Of a stretch of 64,000 nucleotides of DNA, positions 1 through 10,902 are shown in pieces. The notes beneath the pieces are model-generated. The model had not been told where the DNA came from. It was given only the letters and a program-made list of their open reading frames with translations, and did no database searches. Numbering within the stretch: the first letter of the stretch is position 1; each line of letters starts with the position of its first letter. The position numbers and the translations under genes are program-made. Origin of the DNA: a virus; the IMG/VR virus record IMGVR_UViG_3300006040_000001, positions 36,695-100,694 of that record; one strand, given 5' to 3'.

Positions 1-2
1 TG

Positions 3-2474
3 GTGGCTCTAGAGTCCGTAGAGCCTGGTATGTTGTTACGGGATATACCCTCTACTGCCTTTACTATCGACCCTAGTGATGTACGCCAGTCTATCAGTTT
101 AGAACGTATCGGGTATTTAAAAGCAGGTATCATAGGCGGGTTACTCGCCGCGCTGATCGCTTTTTTAGTTAAGTTGTTTCGAGGACGTACTGCAAACAAA
201 CATCACGCCCGCGATATGCAAAATGCTAAAGAAGAAGCGACTGAAGCCGACGATCAGTTTAGCGAAGTCCGTGAAGCCGCTGCTGAGGAAACCCAAAACA
301 CCTCCACTACTTTAACCCGCGATGAGTTAAAAAAGCTCTATAACCATCTTATTAAGATTGGCTTAGAAGAAGCAGACGCGCGTAAATGGACAGCTGATAC
401 CCACGCCGTCCGCGATTATTTTTTTCATTCAAAAACCTATCGTGACGACATCCTGTCATACGCGATGGATAAATGCTGTTTCCCAATATTGCTAGCCGAC
501 GATTACTTACAGCTACAAGACGAGTTACGTAACGTGGTAACTGCTATATTGCCTGAAGCACCAAACCGTATAGCCTATCTAGGGCAGCTTGCTGCCTATG
601 CCCGTATGCTGTATGATACACAAAACATCTTCATCCGCAACCACGAATTCGATCCAGTACCGACGTACACCGCAGACATTGGCATGATGCGGCTATACAC
701 CAGTACCACGGGTGATACCACGCGCGGCGTATCGCCTATCGTAGATGACTTTAATGGCAAAGTAGCCCAGTTATTTACGCCAATGAAAGCACCCGGTAAA
801 CAGTTACTATCCCCGTTATTGGTAGACGAGCGATATACGACTGTATTGAAAGATACCGTAACAGCTGCGATTGAATACGAGGATTACTACATCAGTAAAG
901 GCGTAAAAGGTATTGAAGGACTCAGTATATACGTAGAAGAACTTGAACGTGCTATGAAAGATAAACACAGCATTGATTCACAGCGCGAGAAAGTATTCAT
1001 CCTTTATGATATTGTAAAGGATGAACTGCGTGCCACCGCTCGGATTGCTTCTACGATGATCATGATCCGCGAACGCAGTGAACGTATCGTATCTGTATTA
1101 CAGAATGCTACTACCACGCTGACCACTGCTCGTGAGTTAATTGAGTCACTACGTAAACAACTGAAGATCAGTAAGTACTACTCTAACGAATCACTCGAAC
1201 CCGTAGCTGAGACGAATCCTATCGCCGCCCTAGAAATGGATGATGAAGTTATCGTAGCGTTACTAGGCCAGGCCGATGCATTAGAGTCTATCCATAACCA
1301 GATCACTTATGCAGGTACCATTAGTCGTAGAGATGCTGCCACTATCAATACAATTGGACGCTGTGAGGCACTACGTGTAACAGACTATACGCAGCATGCT
1401 TCTAAAGTGGGTTTACAGCCCGCACTAGAGTCAATGTCTGATCTTATCCAGAAAGCTGCCCGTGCAATTATTGAGTTTATAAGCAATACGCTTAAACGAC
1501 TTATCAGTTGGCTACGCGGTACGTCTAATGAGGACAACCTATCCACGCGTAAAGCAAACCTAGCTAAGACTTTTAAAACGTTTGTAGCGAGGCAGGAGTT
1601 ATCATTACGGTTAGTAGATCAGGCGATGGCTGCCGGTGGTCTCAAACCAATTAGTGAAGCCGTAGATATCTACCATACCAAAGGTAAATTATCACCACAG
1701 TTTCCAACGGTACGTGGGGCGCATCCTAATGCCGTGCAGGATATGTTATTCAAAGCGTTGGCATCGGAACCCAATAATCGAATCAACGCACTCACGATGG
1801 ATATTATCGATGGTAAGTTCCATACTCGTACAGCTATCGAGTTAACGACAGCTGAACTAGCTATTGCTATCCCTCGACTAACGGCTAGTATCCAGCAGTT
1901 AGCAGCTAGTCCTGATGCTCCCTTAGACCACACTGGCGACATAGCCAGACTCAAAACCTACGCTGAGAAGATGTACACCGCTATTAAAGATAGACCCACG
2001 GGTTTACCTACAGGCGGCTTTAAAGCAGCTGTGGGGGAGGTGGTCGATATACATACTCGACTGTCGGCTGCCCGTGCTGCTACCCCGGAGATCGTGCTAG
2101 ATGCATCGTGGCTTACTAAAGTAAATATGGATAGTTACTTTAGTTTACTAACGGAGCATAAAGCTGAGCTACATTTATTGGAGCAGGCTGATAAAGCATT
2201 GGCAGCGCTTCGTAAGAACACTAATAACACACCTGAGTTTAAGGCCGGGTTAGAAGAACTTACGGACTACCTAGCCGTGGTGACTAAGTTGACAGTCATG
2301 ATGCGTAATATACGCAGTGCCGCACGTGTGTTCCTAAAAGTAAGCGAGCGCATTACCGGTACGTTAATAGGAATCTTTATCATAGCTCACCAGAACGTAT
2401 GTAAAGGAACGGCACCCGCTATCTTACGTAAGGAAGCTAGAGTATTGGAACGTGCTGCTAACACACTACTTTAA
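3..2474 (+). CDS. Internal head (ejection) protein, phiKZ gp83-86-like paralog family; 5'-truncated by the window edge; two tandem units
   Basis: Repeated x-L-E prohead protease sites (ALES, SLER, SLEP, ALEM, ALES) and two copies of the family motif LES...FT/YT...LE followed by an amphipathic helix. The motif is shared with the next three ORFs, and the gene sits upstream of a gp87-like gene. Confidence 0.65.
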   Translation: MALESVEPGMLLRDIPSTAFTIDPSDVRQSISLERIGYLKAGIIGGLLAALIAFLVKLFRGRTANKHHARDMQNAKEEATEADDQFSEVREAAAEETQNTSTTLTRDELKKLYNHLIKIGLEEADARKWTADTHAVRDYFFHSKTYRDDILSYAMDKCCFPILLADDYLQLQDELRNVVTAILPEAPNRIAYLGQLAAYARMLYDTQNIFIRNHEFDPVPTYTADIGMMRLYTSTTGDTTRGVSPIVDDFNGKVAQLFTPMKAPGKQLLSPLLVDERYTTVLKDTVTAAIEYEDYYISKGVKGIEGLSIYVEELERAMKDKHSIDSQREKVFILYDIVKDELRATARIASTMIMIRERSERIVSVLQNATTTLTTARELIESLRKQLKISKYYSNESLEPVAETNPIAALEMDDEVIVALLGQADALESIHNQITYAGTISRRDAATINTIGRCEALRVTDYTQHASKVGLQPALESMSDLIQKAARAIIEFISNTLKRLISWLRGTSNEDNLSTRKANLAKTFKTFVARQELSLRLVDQAMAAGGLKPISEAVDIYHTKGKLSPQFPTVRGAHPNAVQDMLFKALASEPNNRINALTMDIIDGKFHTRTAIELTTAELAIAIPRLTASIQQLAASPDAPLDHTGDIARLKTYAEKMYTAIKDRPTGLPTGGFKAAVGEVVDIHTRLSAARAATPEIVLDASWLTKVNMDSYFSLLTEHKAELHLLEQADKALAALRKNTNNTPEFKAGLEELTDYLAVVTKLTVMMRNIRSAARVFLKVSERITGTLIGIFIIAHQNVCKGTAPAILRKEARVLERAANTLL

Positions 2475-2478
2475 TCAC

Positions 2479-2498
2479 TAGGCGGGGTACCCCGCCTA
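2479..2498. repeat. Perfect 20-bp palindrome / intergenic hairpin
   Basis: TAGGCGGGGT|ACCCCGCCTA, no U-tract, between co-directional genes. Confidence 0.8.
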
Positions 2499-2509
2499 AG
2501 GGAGGCCTA

Positions 2510-3970
2510 ATGTCTAGCACATCACCTGCTATAGACTATACAGAGGTTATTCAGCTCTTAGAACAAGCTGAAACCTTAGAGTCCATTTACAACACGCTAG
2601 TATGGCGTAACAACATTGACCGCACGGTAGCGACTACCTTAGCCAAACACGGGTTAGCAATACCCACGTTGTCTATAGAGTCGTACACCGCACAACCTAC
2701 TACAGTAAATTTACAACTTACGTTAGAGGGTCTCCGTGAGCGAGCCGTAGCTATATTCAAAGCGATCATTGAATATTTGGATAAACAGATTCGTCGATTC
2801 GTAGCATGGCTAAAAAGTAAATTTAGTGCCGCCGAGTCCAAAGAACGTAGCGAGACGTTAAACCAGTTCGATAGATATCTGCGTATTTATAAAACTACCA
2901 TTGCTTTACAGCGTGACTTCATCGGTGAGGTGTTTGCTTTAGCGTCCGCTGATGCAGGAGCTATTACGCTAATACGTAAAACCATGGATAACGTCATTAT
3001 GGATAACGTAAGAGACCCGAATGACTTACCTAAGAATCCGATAGACATCGGTAGTTCTAATCATACACGCGCACCGACAGAACCCCCTAAAGCGGGCGGA
3101 GCATTTAGCTATAGTTCAGTTGGTTTGTATGATCACGTGTTGAGTTTAGTAAGTTCCTCACGTATTCATCGATTCGTGTATGAATGCATGGAGTCGGTTC
3201 AATCGGATTCCCGTAAATACATCGATGTGTTATTAGATGAAGTGGAGCGCCGGGTTACCGATATTATCAGTGACTGTAAAGCAGCAGTCATCGCTATTAA
3301 AAACGATGCGGAACCAACTGTAACTGTAAACGATGAGGCGGATAATGCATTTGTGGAACTCGCCTTAAAATACCTACGCGGTGTGACTACGGATGCAGTC
3401 TATGATGCGCAACAAGGGGTGTGGGAGGCTAAAACAAAAGTAGTAGCCGCTATTACTAACCGTTTAAGTGATCTGTGCCGAAAAGACCCTGATCTGTTTT
3501 TGACCACTGAATTTATCCAAGCTATAGATGGTAAAGGATTCGCTAAGCTATCCGATACTAATCAGGATATGTATCAGACGATAGACCAGGTAGCTGGCGC
3601 GATAGCTGAACTCAAACGTGCCACAGGCGGCACTAAACTAAACCCTACGCAACAGCAAACCGAGCAGCTAAAAGCGATCAATGCAAAGTCTAATGCATTT
3701 ATGAGTCTAACCGTGCAGATCGATATGATTGCCCAATCAGTATCTAGCGTGCATCCCCAGTTAGCTAAAATAACCGGCCTCATGCACGGCGCATTCTACG
3801 CCTTTACTAAAGGAATCGTGGAGCAGCGATTACTATCGCCAGAAGCTTTGGTTACATTGACTGAGCGGCATAAGGCCTACACCACGGCCTATGAGCACGG
3901 GTTTGAAGATATGAAATTTAAGTTCATCAAGTTTCCGGATATTGTAATAGATACCCGAGCAACTTCCTAA
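2510..3970 (+). CDS. Internal head protein paralog
   Basis: GGAGG RBS. Propeptide ETLES...SIESYTAQPTTVNLQLTLEG followed by helix IEYLDKQIRRFVAWLKSKF, matching neighbours. Confidence 0.65.
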   Translation: MSSTSPAIDYTEVIQLLEQAETLESIYNTLVWRNNIDRTVATTLAKHGLAIPTLSIESYTAQPTTVNLQLTLEGLRERAVAIFKAIIEYLDKQIRRFVAWLKSKFSAAESKERSETLNQFDRYLRIYKTTIALQRDFIGEVFALASADAGAITLIRKTMDNVIMDNVRDPNDLPKNPIDIGSSNHTRAPTEPPKAGGAFSYSSVGLYDHVLSLVSSSRIHRFVYECMESVQSDSRKYIDVLLDEVERRVTDIISDCKAAVIAIKNDAEPTVTVNDEADNAFVELALKYLRGVTTDAVYDAQQGVWEAKTKVVAAITNRLSDLCRKDPDLFLTTEFIQAIDGKGFAKLSDTNQDMYQTIDQVAGAIAELKRATGGTKLNPTQQQTEQLKAINAKSNAFMSLTVQIDMIAQSVSSVHPQLAKITGLMHGAFYAFTKGIVEQRLLSPEALVTLTERHKAYTTAYEHGFEDMKFKFIKFPDIVIDTRATS

Positions 3971-3990
3971 TTAATCACGAGGCTATGCAT

Positions 3991-5454
3991 ATGTCTGATT
4001 TATACGCTAAGAAAGTAGCGGAAGCTACTGTTGGCTTAGAGCAGGTCGCTCTTAAGCTAGAGCATTTGTTTAACGCTAACCAAGATATCAAACAACGCGG
4101 CGGTATCAACCGCGAGTTAGCCATTGGTTTAGAGTCACTCCAGCCCGGTATGGTATCTCGTGTGATGCCCATCATGGGCTATACCGAGGGACTGACCACA
4201 ACTAACTACACTGCTACGTTGGAATCTGTCAGTGATACTATCCGTAAGATGCGCGATGCTGTAATGACCGCGTTGAAGACCTTAGTGAAACGCATTACGG
4301 ATTGGTTCTATGCAACGTTCCGCGACTCTAAGAAAAACACGGATACGGCTAAACAGGACTTAAAAGCAGCTAAGCATAAATACCAGGCGTTACAAGCAGT
4401 AGAAGAAAAAGTACTGCATGCCTTACAGACGCACTACGCCCAAGCTAGTAATGCCAAAGGTGGCCGCGCGCCAACGGTAGATGATTTACTTATCGCACTG
4501 CACACTGAAGCGATTGAGCGTTTAGAAACCAAAGTGACGAAGAACATATTCGTTATTGGTCGGGGTGTAGGCTGGTTGAATCTGTTTAAGCATATGCATG
4601 GCATTGGTGAAGTCTTAAACAACATGGAGACTCAACAAGCTAAATTAACGAAAGACGTTAATGTTGGCGCTACGCTAAACCCAGCTGACTACAACGTGTC
4701 GTTGAACTCTATCGTAGGTATTATCGATAAGGCTAGTCAACCTTTAGAGACCTCACTGGCGAATGCCCGTACGATGCAGGACTATTGTGTAAAAGCCTCA
4801 GTACCTGCATTTGAACGTGGCGAAATAAAAACACTGAAAGATCCTAAGATCGCCCAGTTCTTTACTAATGAAGCTCACGTCTATAGCGTGCTAGATAGCT
4901 TAGCCTCCGTAGCAGCGACAGGTGATGCCTTAGCTAAAATCAACACAGGCCTAGACAAACTAGAGTCTTCGATCAAATCGATTGAGAACTCAGAGCACGC
5001 CCGGCAGGTCAACGAGATCATCCGTGATTTCAAACACACGTTCGCTATTGTAAACACGGTTTACGATGTTACAGCTAAACTCCAAAAACAGATCTTTGAT
5101 TACGCAGGCGCCATGAACAAATCCATGGATACGCGTAAGAAGCATTTAACCGATGCTATTAAAGAACTACCAGAGGACTTACGTAAACCACTCTTAGCCG
5201 AGCTAGAGGCACTTAAAACAGCGACTATGGAATCTATCGGTGATTTCACACAAGCTGAGATCGATGAGCGTCGAGCTAACGATTTAGCAGAAGCAGAAGC
5301 GGCTGCCTCTAAAGAGCAGGAGTTATTAGCTAAAGCAGAATCTGACCCCGAGGCTAATGTAGAATTAGCATTAGGGCTTAAAGCAACGCTTGAGAAACTA
5401 GGCATTAAAACCTCAGCGGAGATCGCTGCACGTTTAGCTACAGTAACCCCGTAA
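3991..5454 (+). CDS. Internal head protein paralog
   Basis: GLESLQPG...MPIMGYTEGLTTTNYTATLES then helix VKRITDWF. GAGG RBS favours ATG at 3991. Confidence 0.65.
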   Translation: MSDLYAKKVAEATVGLEQVALKLEHLFNANQDIKQRGGINRELAIGLESLQPGMVSRVMPIMGYTEGLTTTNYTATLESVSDTIRKMRDAVMTALKTLVKRITDWFYATFRDSKKNTDTAKQDLKAAKHKYQALQAVEEKVLHALQTHYAQASNAKGGRAPTVDDLLIALHTEAIERLETKVTKNIFVIGRGVGWLNLFKHMHGIGEVLNNMETQQAKLTKDVNVGATLNPADYNVSLNSIVGIIDKASQPLETSLANARTMQDYCVKASVPAFERGEIKTLKDPKIAQFFTNEAHVYSVLDSLASVAATGDALAKINTGLDKLESSIKSIENSEHARQVNEIIRDFKHTFAIVNTVYDVTAKLQKQIFDYAGAMNKSMDTRKKHLTDAIKELPEDLRKPLLAELEALKTATMESIGDFTQAEIDERRANDLAEAEAAASKEQELLAKAESDPEANVELALGLKATLEKLGIKTSAEIAARLATVTP

Positions 5455-5461
5455 CCTAATC

Positions 5462-5491
5462 GTACTGAGAGTTGCTAGCAACTCTCAGTAC
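5462..5491. repeat. Perfect 30-bp palindrome / hairpin
   Basis: GTACTGAGAGTTGCT|AGCAACTCTCAGTAC. Confidence 0.85.
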
Positions 5492-5502
5492 TAGGAGTCT
5501 TT

Positions 5503-6738
5503 ATGTTAATTGCTTTAGAAGATATTGTCGATATCGACGATGACCTAGATGTGTTGGAAAAACTAGACGATCAATTTGCTATCGTAGGCGATGCCTTTAC
5601 TGACTTAGTCACAAGTGACGGCACAACGATGGAGATAGCCGCTACGCTAGAAGCATTATTACCCGGCGTTATTACTGAAAGTATGCCGATCAACAGCTTT
5701 ACTAAAGATCCATCGCAGACGAACTACGCGTTAACTATGGAAGGGATTGGCGCTACGATAAAAAACTTAATTAAAGCAGCCAGTGCAGCGATTGCTAAAT
5801 TAGCTAAGCGTATGTACGAGTGGCTAAAAAAGCTTTTCGGTAAAGGCTCTACTGCTGAACAAGGTAAAGAGAATGCCCGTAAGGCTGAGCGCAGTGGCGA
5901 AGAGCGTAGTAAAGCCGAGGATGACTTAGAGAAAGCCAAAGCCGAGGTACCTGACGAGCACAAGCACGCAGTAGATGACAAACTCAAAACGGATTTAGAT
6001 GTAGGGCTGCACAACGTAGGCGATGTTAGTCAGAACGCAGCACTAGCGAAGATGGCCGGTATGGTATCTATGTTTACGCATAATTACGCGACTAATTCAG
6101 TCTGGCTTAATGCTATTGATAAGTTCACTACTACAGCGATACGTGATAGTAATCTACAGCTAGCTGCTATTATGGCAGCAACCTCTAGCATAGGTCAGCT
6201 CAAAGATGCTAGTGAGCTAGATAGTATCCTAGCGAAACTACAAAAACCAGCCATCGGTATGTTAGATGATTTACTAGGTATCCCTGAGCTTAAGCAAGCT
6301 GTCTCTACAGCAGAATCTGATACAGATAAAGCTCGGGCTATCTATACGTTCCTACGCGACTCTACGACACTCGATCCTAAGTACGACTTTAAAAAGGTGC
6401 CTGAGTTTGATTATACAGCAGCTACGGATGTATTCGACCGTATTATGCAATATCAGCAAGGTCGCTTCTTAAGTCGCCTAGAGTTGTTCACTGAGTTGTG
6501 GGAATCCACTATTACGGAAATGGAAGCAGGAGTATCTGAGAAAACCGTATTAGATCCGGAGGCTACGCGTAAAATGATGTATACGTTCCGTGAGCTATTA
6601 AACGAACTATTAATGGTGAATCAGATCTTGCATATCCTGGTGGTCGCTATTAACCACTATTCTATAATGTTTATCGAAGCTGATATGAGTGCTATTTATA
6701 GCATTAAGAAAGCTGAAACAATCATCGGGACGGCATAA
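5503..6738 (+). CDS. Internal head protein paralog
   Basis: AGGAG RBS. ALED, TLEALLPG...MPINSFTKDPSQTNYALTMEG, then helix KRMYEWLKKLF. Confidence 0.65.
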   Translation: MLIALEDIVDIDDDLDVLEKLDDQFAIVGDAFTDLVTSDGTTMEIAATLEALLPGVITESMPINSFTKDPSQTNYALTMEGIGATIKNLIKAASAAIAKLAKRMYEWLKKLFGKGSTAEQGKENARKAERSGEERSKAEDDLEKAKAEVPDEHKHAVDDKLKTDLDVGLHNVGDVSQNAALAKMAGMVSMFTHNYATNSVWLNAIDKFTTTAIRDSNLQLAAIMAATSSIGQLKDASELDSILAKLQKPAIGMLDDLLGIPELKQAVSTAESDTDKARAIYTFLRDSTTLDPKYDFKKVPEFDYTAATDVFDRIMQYQQGRFLSRLELFTELWESTITEMEAGVSEKTVLDPEATRKMMYTFRELLNELLMVNQILHILVVAINHYSIMFIEADMSAIYSIKKAETIIGTA

Positions 6739-6775
6739 CCACTAAGGGAGGCCGTAGCCTCCCTTAGCCTATGCC
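6732..6775. terminator. Bidirectional hairpin terminator flanked on both strands by TATGCC
   Basis: CTAAGGGAGGC-CGTA-GCCTCCCTTAG (6742-6767) between convergent genes, with GGCATA at 6732 and TATGCC at 6770. Confidence 0.7.
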
Positions 6776-9724
6776 CTAAAATGATTTAGGTAAGTGGTTT
6801 ATGAATGTATTAACGACAGCGTCCTGCACCGCTAATGTTTGGTTAGAGAGAGATACTAGGCGTTTACCTACCACTGGCTGCATAGACGGATCTTTTAAAG
6901 TCACCGTTGGATACAGATCATTAGCAAATCCAGATACGTTGACTGACAGAACCTCGTCACCTAATGCTGCTTTCAACGTAGCCGTAATATCAGTAACACT
7001 AATGGTACTACGCTCCATAGCCGCTGCTAAGATATCTGCCGTACGTTCCGACAATGCCTCACGGATCGGTTGGTTTTCATAGATGTCTTGACGGACGTAA
7101 TAAGTAACACGGAATGTCTGTGCGGCAGGTATCTGTGCGTGCTGTTGATCATTAACAATAACATCCAGTAATCCGGTCGTCGTTTTCGGATAGTAGTAAA
7201 TCTCACTACGTTCCAATAAATTACCGGCAATAGTCTCCAGATCTACAACACACCAGTTAGTGATTAAATCGATCATCTCCTGTTTATAAGCTAACGTTGT
7301 CTCATTCGTAGCAAAATAATACCGCCCGTCAATTAAACATAAATCTAACTGACGTAACATACCCTGTACACCGCCTGCTAATACAGGATCGCCATTAGCA
7401 TCCATGACTACGTCACCGGCTTTATATTTATACACAGGATCGCCCAAACTATCCATTACTGGCGCACCCTTAGCGTGCAATACGGTAAAACCAAACTCAC
7501 CGGTATCGTTGTTATACGTCATGTTGATAGCACCCGTTAGCGGGTCACGCGCATAAACAGTCTCCGTATAGATAGCCGGAACGTCTACTGTATGTTTTAA
7601 ATACGTCAGAGCTCCTACAGCGCTCCTAGACCGCGTCCAGAGATGTTTTAGGTGCTCACCTACCTTAATGGTAATACGCTCTTGTGTAGCGCCTAAATAA
7701 ACGGATGACGGGGTGTAGCCTGGAAGTATGGTTTTATCTACAATAGCGTCGATGTCCGAAATACCTGCTCCACTGGGTTGGTGATCGCGGACTATGTAGA
7801 CTAAATCAAACTCTGTAGACAACGCCATCGGTGCCTGTGGTCCTGTGAGTGTAAGTTGATGCGCCTGATTTACATCATACGTCGTGTCTAAGTCAAACGA
7901 ATAGATGTAGCGTTTACCCACTGGCTTACCCGTACTACCATCAATAGGACTACGCAACACCCCATTAAAATAGACCCGTGTTTGCGTACCGGGTGGCACG
8001 TAACTTAACTGCAAAAATACCTGGTCTAACGCTAGGGCACTATACACATCGCTGACAGCTGCTTCGATTAATAACCGATAGCCACTACCAGTGGAGTTTA
8101 CTTCTACGCCGTAAGACAACGTACTAGCATCTACTAATAGTGCTGTGTTCGTCTGGAAAAAATACTTCGATGTAATGGATGGTTTATCTAAACGATAGAC
8201 ACGAGTAGTAAACTGGTTGTTAGCTACATCTAGTACGTAATAGAACGGCGTAAAATAATAATTACCGTCGTTGACCTGGTTAGCTAGTACATCCGGCGGC
8301 GTAACCAGCGGATCCAGTAAACGTAACCGCTCTGTATCAGTTACCACGCTTAACACACCATCTATTGATTTGAACAGAGTATTCGGTTTAATAGTCACCC
8401 GCTCACCATGGTTCTCAATCGTACCATATTGCACCAGGTCGGTTAGTTTGGATTCCAATAACCGGATAGCGCATCCAGCTCCTGATACCGTACTACTGTT
8501 AGTTGGCGCTGGTAAGGCACGCACCGCAATAAACTGACGGTCAGTAATATTATCCAGGTTAGTCACTACGTCATAACCTAGTGAACTGAGTACCGTAGAG
8601 AGCTGCGCCTGTGTGATAGGTAGTGTAGGGTTATTTAAACCATTCGTGATGACGCGTTTACGCAGCGTATCAAAACTGACGGCATTGCTACCCCCGGTAA
8701 TAGCCCCTTCCATAAACAGCGACACACCCGAGAACGTGCTTAATGGTGCGCTGTAAGCATTATCATTAACGGCATCATGATCTAACCACCGGGCACTGTA
8801 ACTAGTCGCCGGGTAACTCGATAGGTTAAGCTCCAGTGGCCCTTTAGTAGTATAGATATCGATCCGTAACGAGTCTTTAATACTACCGTTATTAAAATAG
8901 ATCTGTGGTACTTTTACAGCCAGTCGGGAATTTAACACTCGTAACACCACGGTAGGTGTGTTAGGGTCGTAGACTTGTTCCGTGTGCGTCGTACGGATCT
9001 CTGTCCAGTTCGAGTCAGCTGTCAGTTTAATAAAGGCGCGGCAATAATAGTATTGATCAGTGAAATCATATTCCTTATATAGCCCTGTGATGTTGTTTAA
9101 CTGTGCGACCTGCGTGGTAATCAACATTTGGCTGACAGGCATCGTGATCCGTAGAAACTTAGAACCACCGTGTGAACCCATACCCCAGTCTACGCGGTTA
9201 GACTCTAAAGACACAATCGGTGATTTACGACTGACATCGTAATAGAGACTTACCCCACCGCTCGGCAGTATCCGTATATCCAGTGGGTACTGCATCGTAA
9301 AGATCAGCCCAGCAATAATATACTCCGAGTGTCGAGGGATCGTGAGTTTATACGTACCGTCACCTACAGCTACGGCCTTAGCACGTATCTCATCCAAGGA
9401 CAACAACAACGTAAAACTCGTACGCGCCGGTGTAGAGAAACGATTCAAGAAATCGTCATCCGACATATGCAGATAGACGTCTTCATCACTACGGGCATTA
9501 GAGGCATAGAGTCGACGGACTAGAGTCTCGTCCTGCAACATCCCTGCACTGGCTACACTACAGGCAGCCTCCATTAAAAATGTAAACGGACTAGTAGGGT
9601 TAACAATCACCCGCGCTCCTAAGGATACATCTTCTAATGTATTTAGCATCAGGCGCTGCATGGCGACAGGATTACCGCGCAGCATATCAAATTTAGTAGT
9701 TAGATCAGCTATGGTAATAGCCAT
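6776..9724 (-). CDS. Virion structural (baseplate-type) protein, phiKZ gp87-like
   Basis: 982 aa. N-terminus NPVAMQR...NPTSPFTFLMEA...RRLY, size, minus orientation and synteny match the gp87-like gene as recalled. Confidence 0.65.
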   Translation of the reverse strand: MAITIADLTTKFDMLRGNPVAMQRLMLNTLEDVSLGARVIVNPTSPFTFLMEAACSVASAGMLQDETLVRRLYASNARSDEDVYLHMSDDDFLNRFSTPARTSFTLLLSLDEIRAKAVAVGDGTYKLTIPRHSEYIIAGLIFTMQYPLDIRILPSGGVSLYYDVSRKSPIVSLESNRVDWGMGSHGGSKFLRITMPVSQMLITTQVAQLNNITGLYKEYDFTDQYYYCRAFIKLTADSNWTEIRTTHTEQVYDPNTPTVVLRVLNSRLAVKVPQIYFNNGSIKDSLRIDIYTTKGPLELNLSSYPATSYSARWLDHDAVNDNAYSAPLSTFSGVSLFMEGAITGGSNAVSFDTLRKRVITNGLNNPTLPITQAQLSTVLSSLGYDVVTNLDNITDRQFIAVRALPAPTNSSTVSGAGCAIRLLESKLTDLVQYGTIENHGERVTIKPNTLFKSIDGVLSVVTDTERLRLLDPLVTPPDVLANQVNDGNYYFTPFYYVLDVANNQFTTRVYRLDKPSITSKYFFQTNTALLVDASTLSYGVEVNSTGSGYRLLIEAAVSDVYSALALDQVFLQLSYVPPGTQTRVYFNGVLRSPIDGSTGKPVGKRYIYSFDLDTTYDVNQAHQLTLTGPQAPMALSTEFDLVYIVRDHQPSGAGISDIDAIVDKTILPGYTPSSVYLGATQERITIKVGEHLKHLWTRSRSAVGALTYLKHTVDVPAIYTETVYARDPLTGAINMTYNNDTGEFGFTVLHAKGAPVMDSLGDPVYKYKAGDVVMDANGDPVLAGGVQGMLRQLDLCLIDGRYYFATNETTLAYKQEMIDLITNWCVVDLETIAGNLLERSEIYYYPKTTTGLLDVIVNDQQHAQIPAAQTFRVTYYVRQDIYENQPIREALSERTADILAAAMERSTISVTDITATLKAALGDEVLSVNVSGFANDLYPTVTLKDPSMQPVVGKRLVSLSNQTLAVQDAVVNTFINHLPKSF

Positions 9725-9726
9725 GG

Positions 9727-10875
9727 TTATCTCCGAATAGGGCTAATAGAAGAGACATCGTCCATACCTGGATATTTCTGTACGTTGCGTATGACTGCTT
9801 TAATAGCGTCCTTAGCAACCCACCATTCTAATTCCGAGGTATAAGGATTAATACGTGGGTAGCCTACGTTAACAAAAATAGGTTTATACGCAGCGCTGAT
9901 TGGGCTATAGACTTTTTCACGTACGCCGTCAAACATGTTAGGGTTAAACATACAGACGCAGTCGTTGAACTCCTGTATTAATATAGGGTCGTGATAGATC
10001 ATACCCATTGCCTGAAACTCACAGGACACTTGATCGACTTCACGTGATATCGGCTTATCTTCGTTGTAGTTAAAGATAGCCCCCGTAGAATCCGACTTTG
10101 GAAACGCAGCAATAGGCGCAGCGATATGTTCCACATACTGCCGTGTAGGATCTAGCGTCAATCTATAAGGACGTGTGTTGTAATCTATTTCATTCTCTAA
10201 TATCGAGTCTGGTCTAGGGTCAATCCGTCCTTCGTGTACGTAAGCCGCATAGCGAGTCCATATGTGAAATAAATACGTGATCGGATCTTTAGGCAAGTTC
10301 CTAAAATTAGCCGTCAAGCTTAACACCCCATTGATGTCAGCAAACCCATCAACCATCGACCACTGCTCTTTATAAAGCCCTTCTTTACTAGTGTACGTGT
10401 CTACGTACGGATCAGGCCATCCGGTTACGGTAATGACGTTGTTGTCGAGTAACGGAATGAATGCATTCAATGGATCAACGAGTCGGCTAGGATAGTAAAG
10501 CCGCGATCCATCGGGGTCTAGGTATGCGCGGAGTGCCCGTGCTATGGAATCTTGGTTGTCCGTTAGCAGCGGCGTGAACTTACGAATGTGTTTTATATTA
10601 TCGTATGAAAGATTTAGGCGCGGGCGTGTAAAAAACGTCATACCGTATTGTTCGTTGTTCATCGGGATCGGGTTACCCGGACCGCGGTGGTTGTGACCCA
10701 AGAACATCGCTGTCATAGCGGTTTTTATGTCACCGTAACCACTGGACTGTGCGATAGCCCGTAAGGCGTCCTCAGCGCCTAATATGCTACCGGTAGTCGC
10801 GACTAAATCATTGTCTTGTTGCTGTTTGATCTCTAATGGATCAGTTGGTTTGATCCCTAGTAAGTCATCGGCCAT
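9727..10875 (-). CDS. Virion structural protein, phiKZ gp88-like
   Basis: GMTFFTRPRLNLSYDN, FIPLLDN, GWPD and ENEIDYNTR motifs; synteny. Confidence 0.65.
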   Translation of the reverse strand: MADDLLGIKPTDPLEIKQQQDNDLVATTGSILGAEDALRAIAQSSGYGDIKTAMTAMFLGHNHRGPGNPIPMNNEQYGMTFFTRPRLNLSYDNIKHIRKFTPLLTDNQDSIARALRAYLDPDGSRLYYPSRLVDPLNAFIPLLDNNVITVTGWPDPYVDTYTSKEGLYKEQWSMVDGFADINGVLSLTANFRNLPKDPITYLFHIWTRYAAYVHEGRIDPRPDSILENEIDYNTRPYRLTLDPTRQYVEHIAAPIAAFPKSDSTGAIFNYNEDKPISREVDQVSCEFQAMGMIYHDPILIQEFNDCVCMFNPNMFDGVREKVYSPISAAYKPIFVNVGYPRINPYTSELEWWVAKDAIKAVIRNVQKYPGMDDVSSISPIRR

Positions 10876-10902
10876 TATCGTACTCCAGAAGGAACATTCA
10901 TT

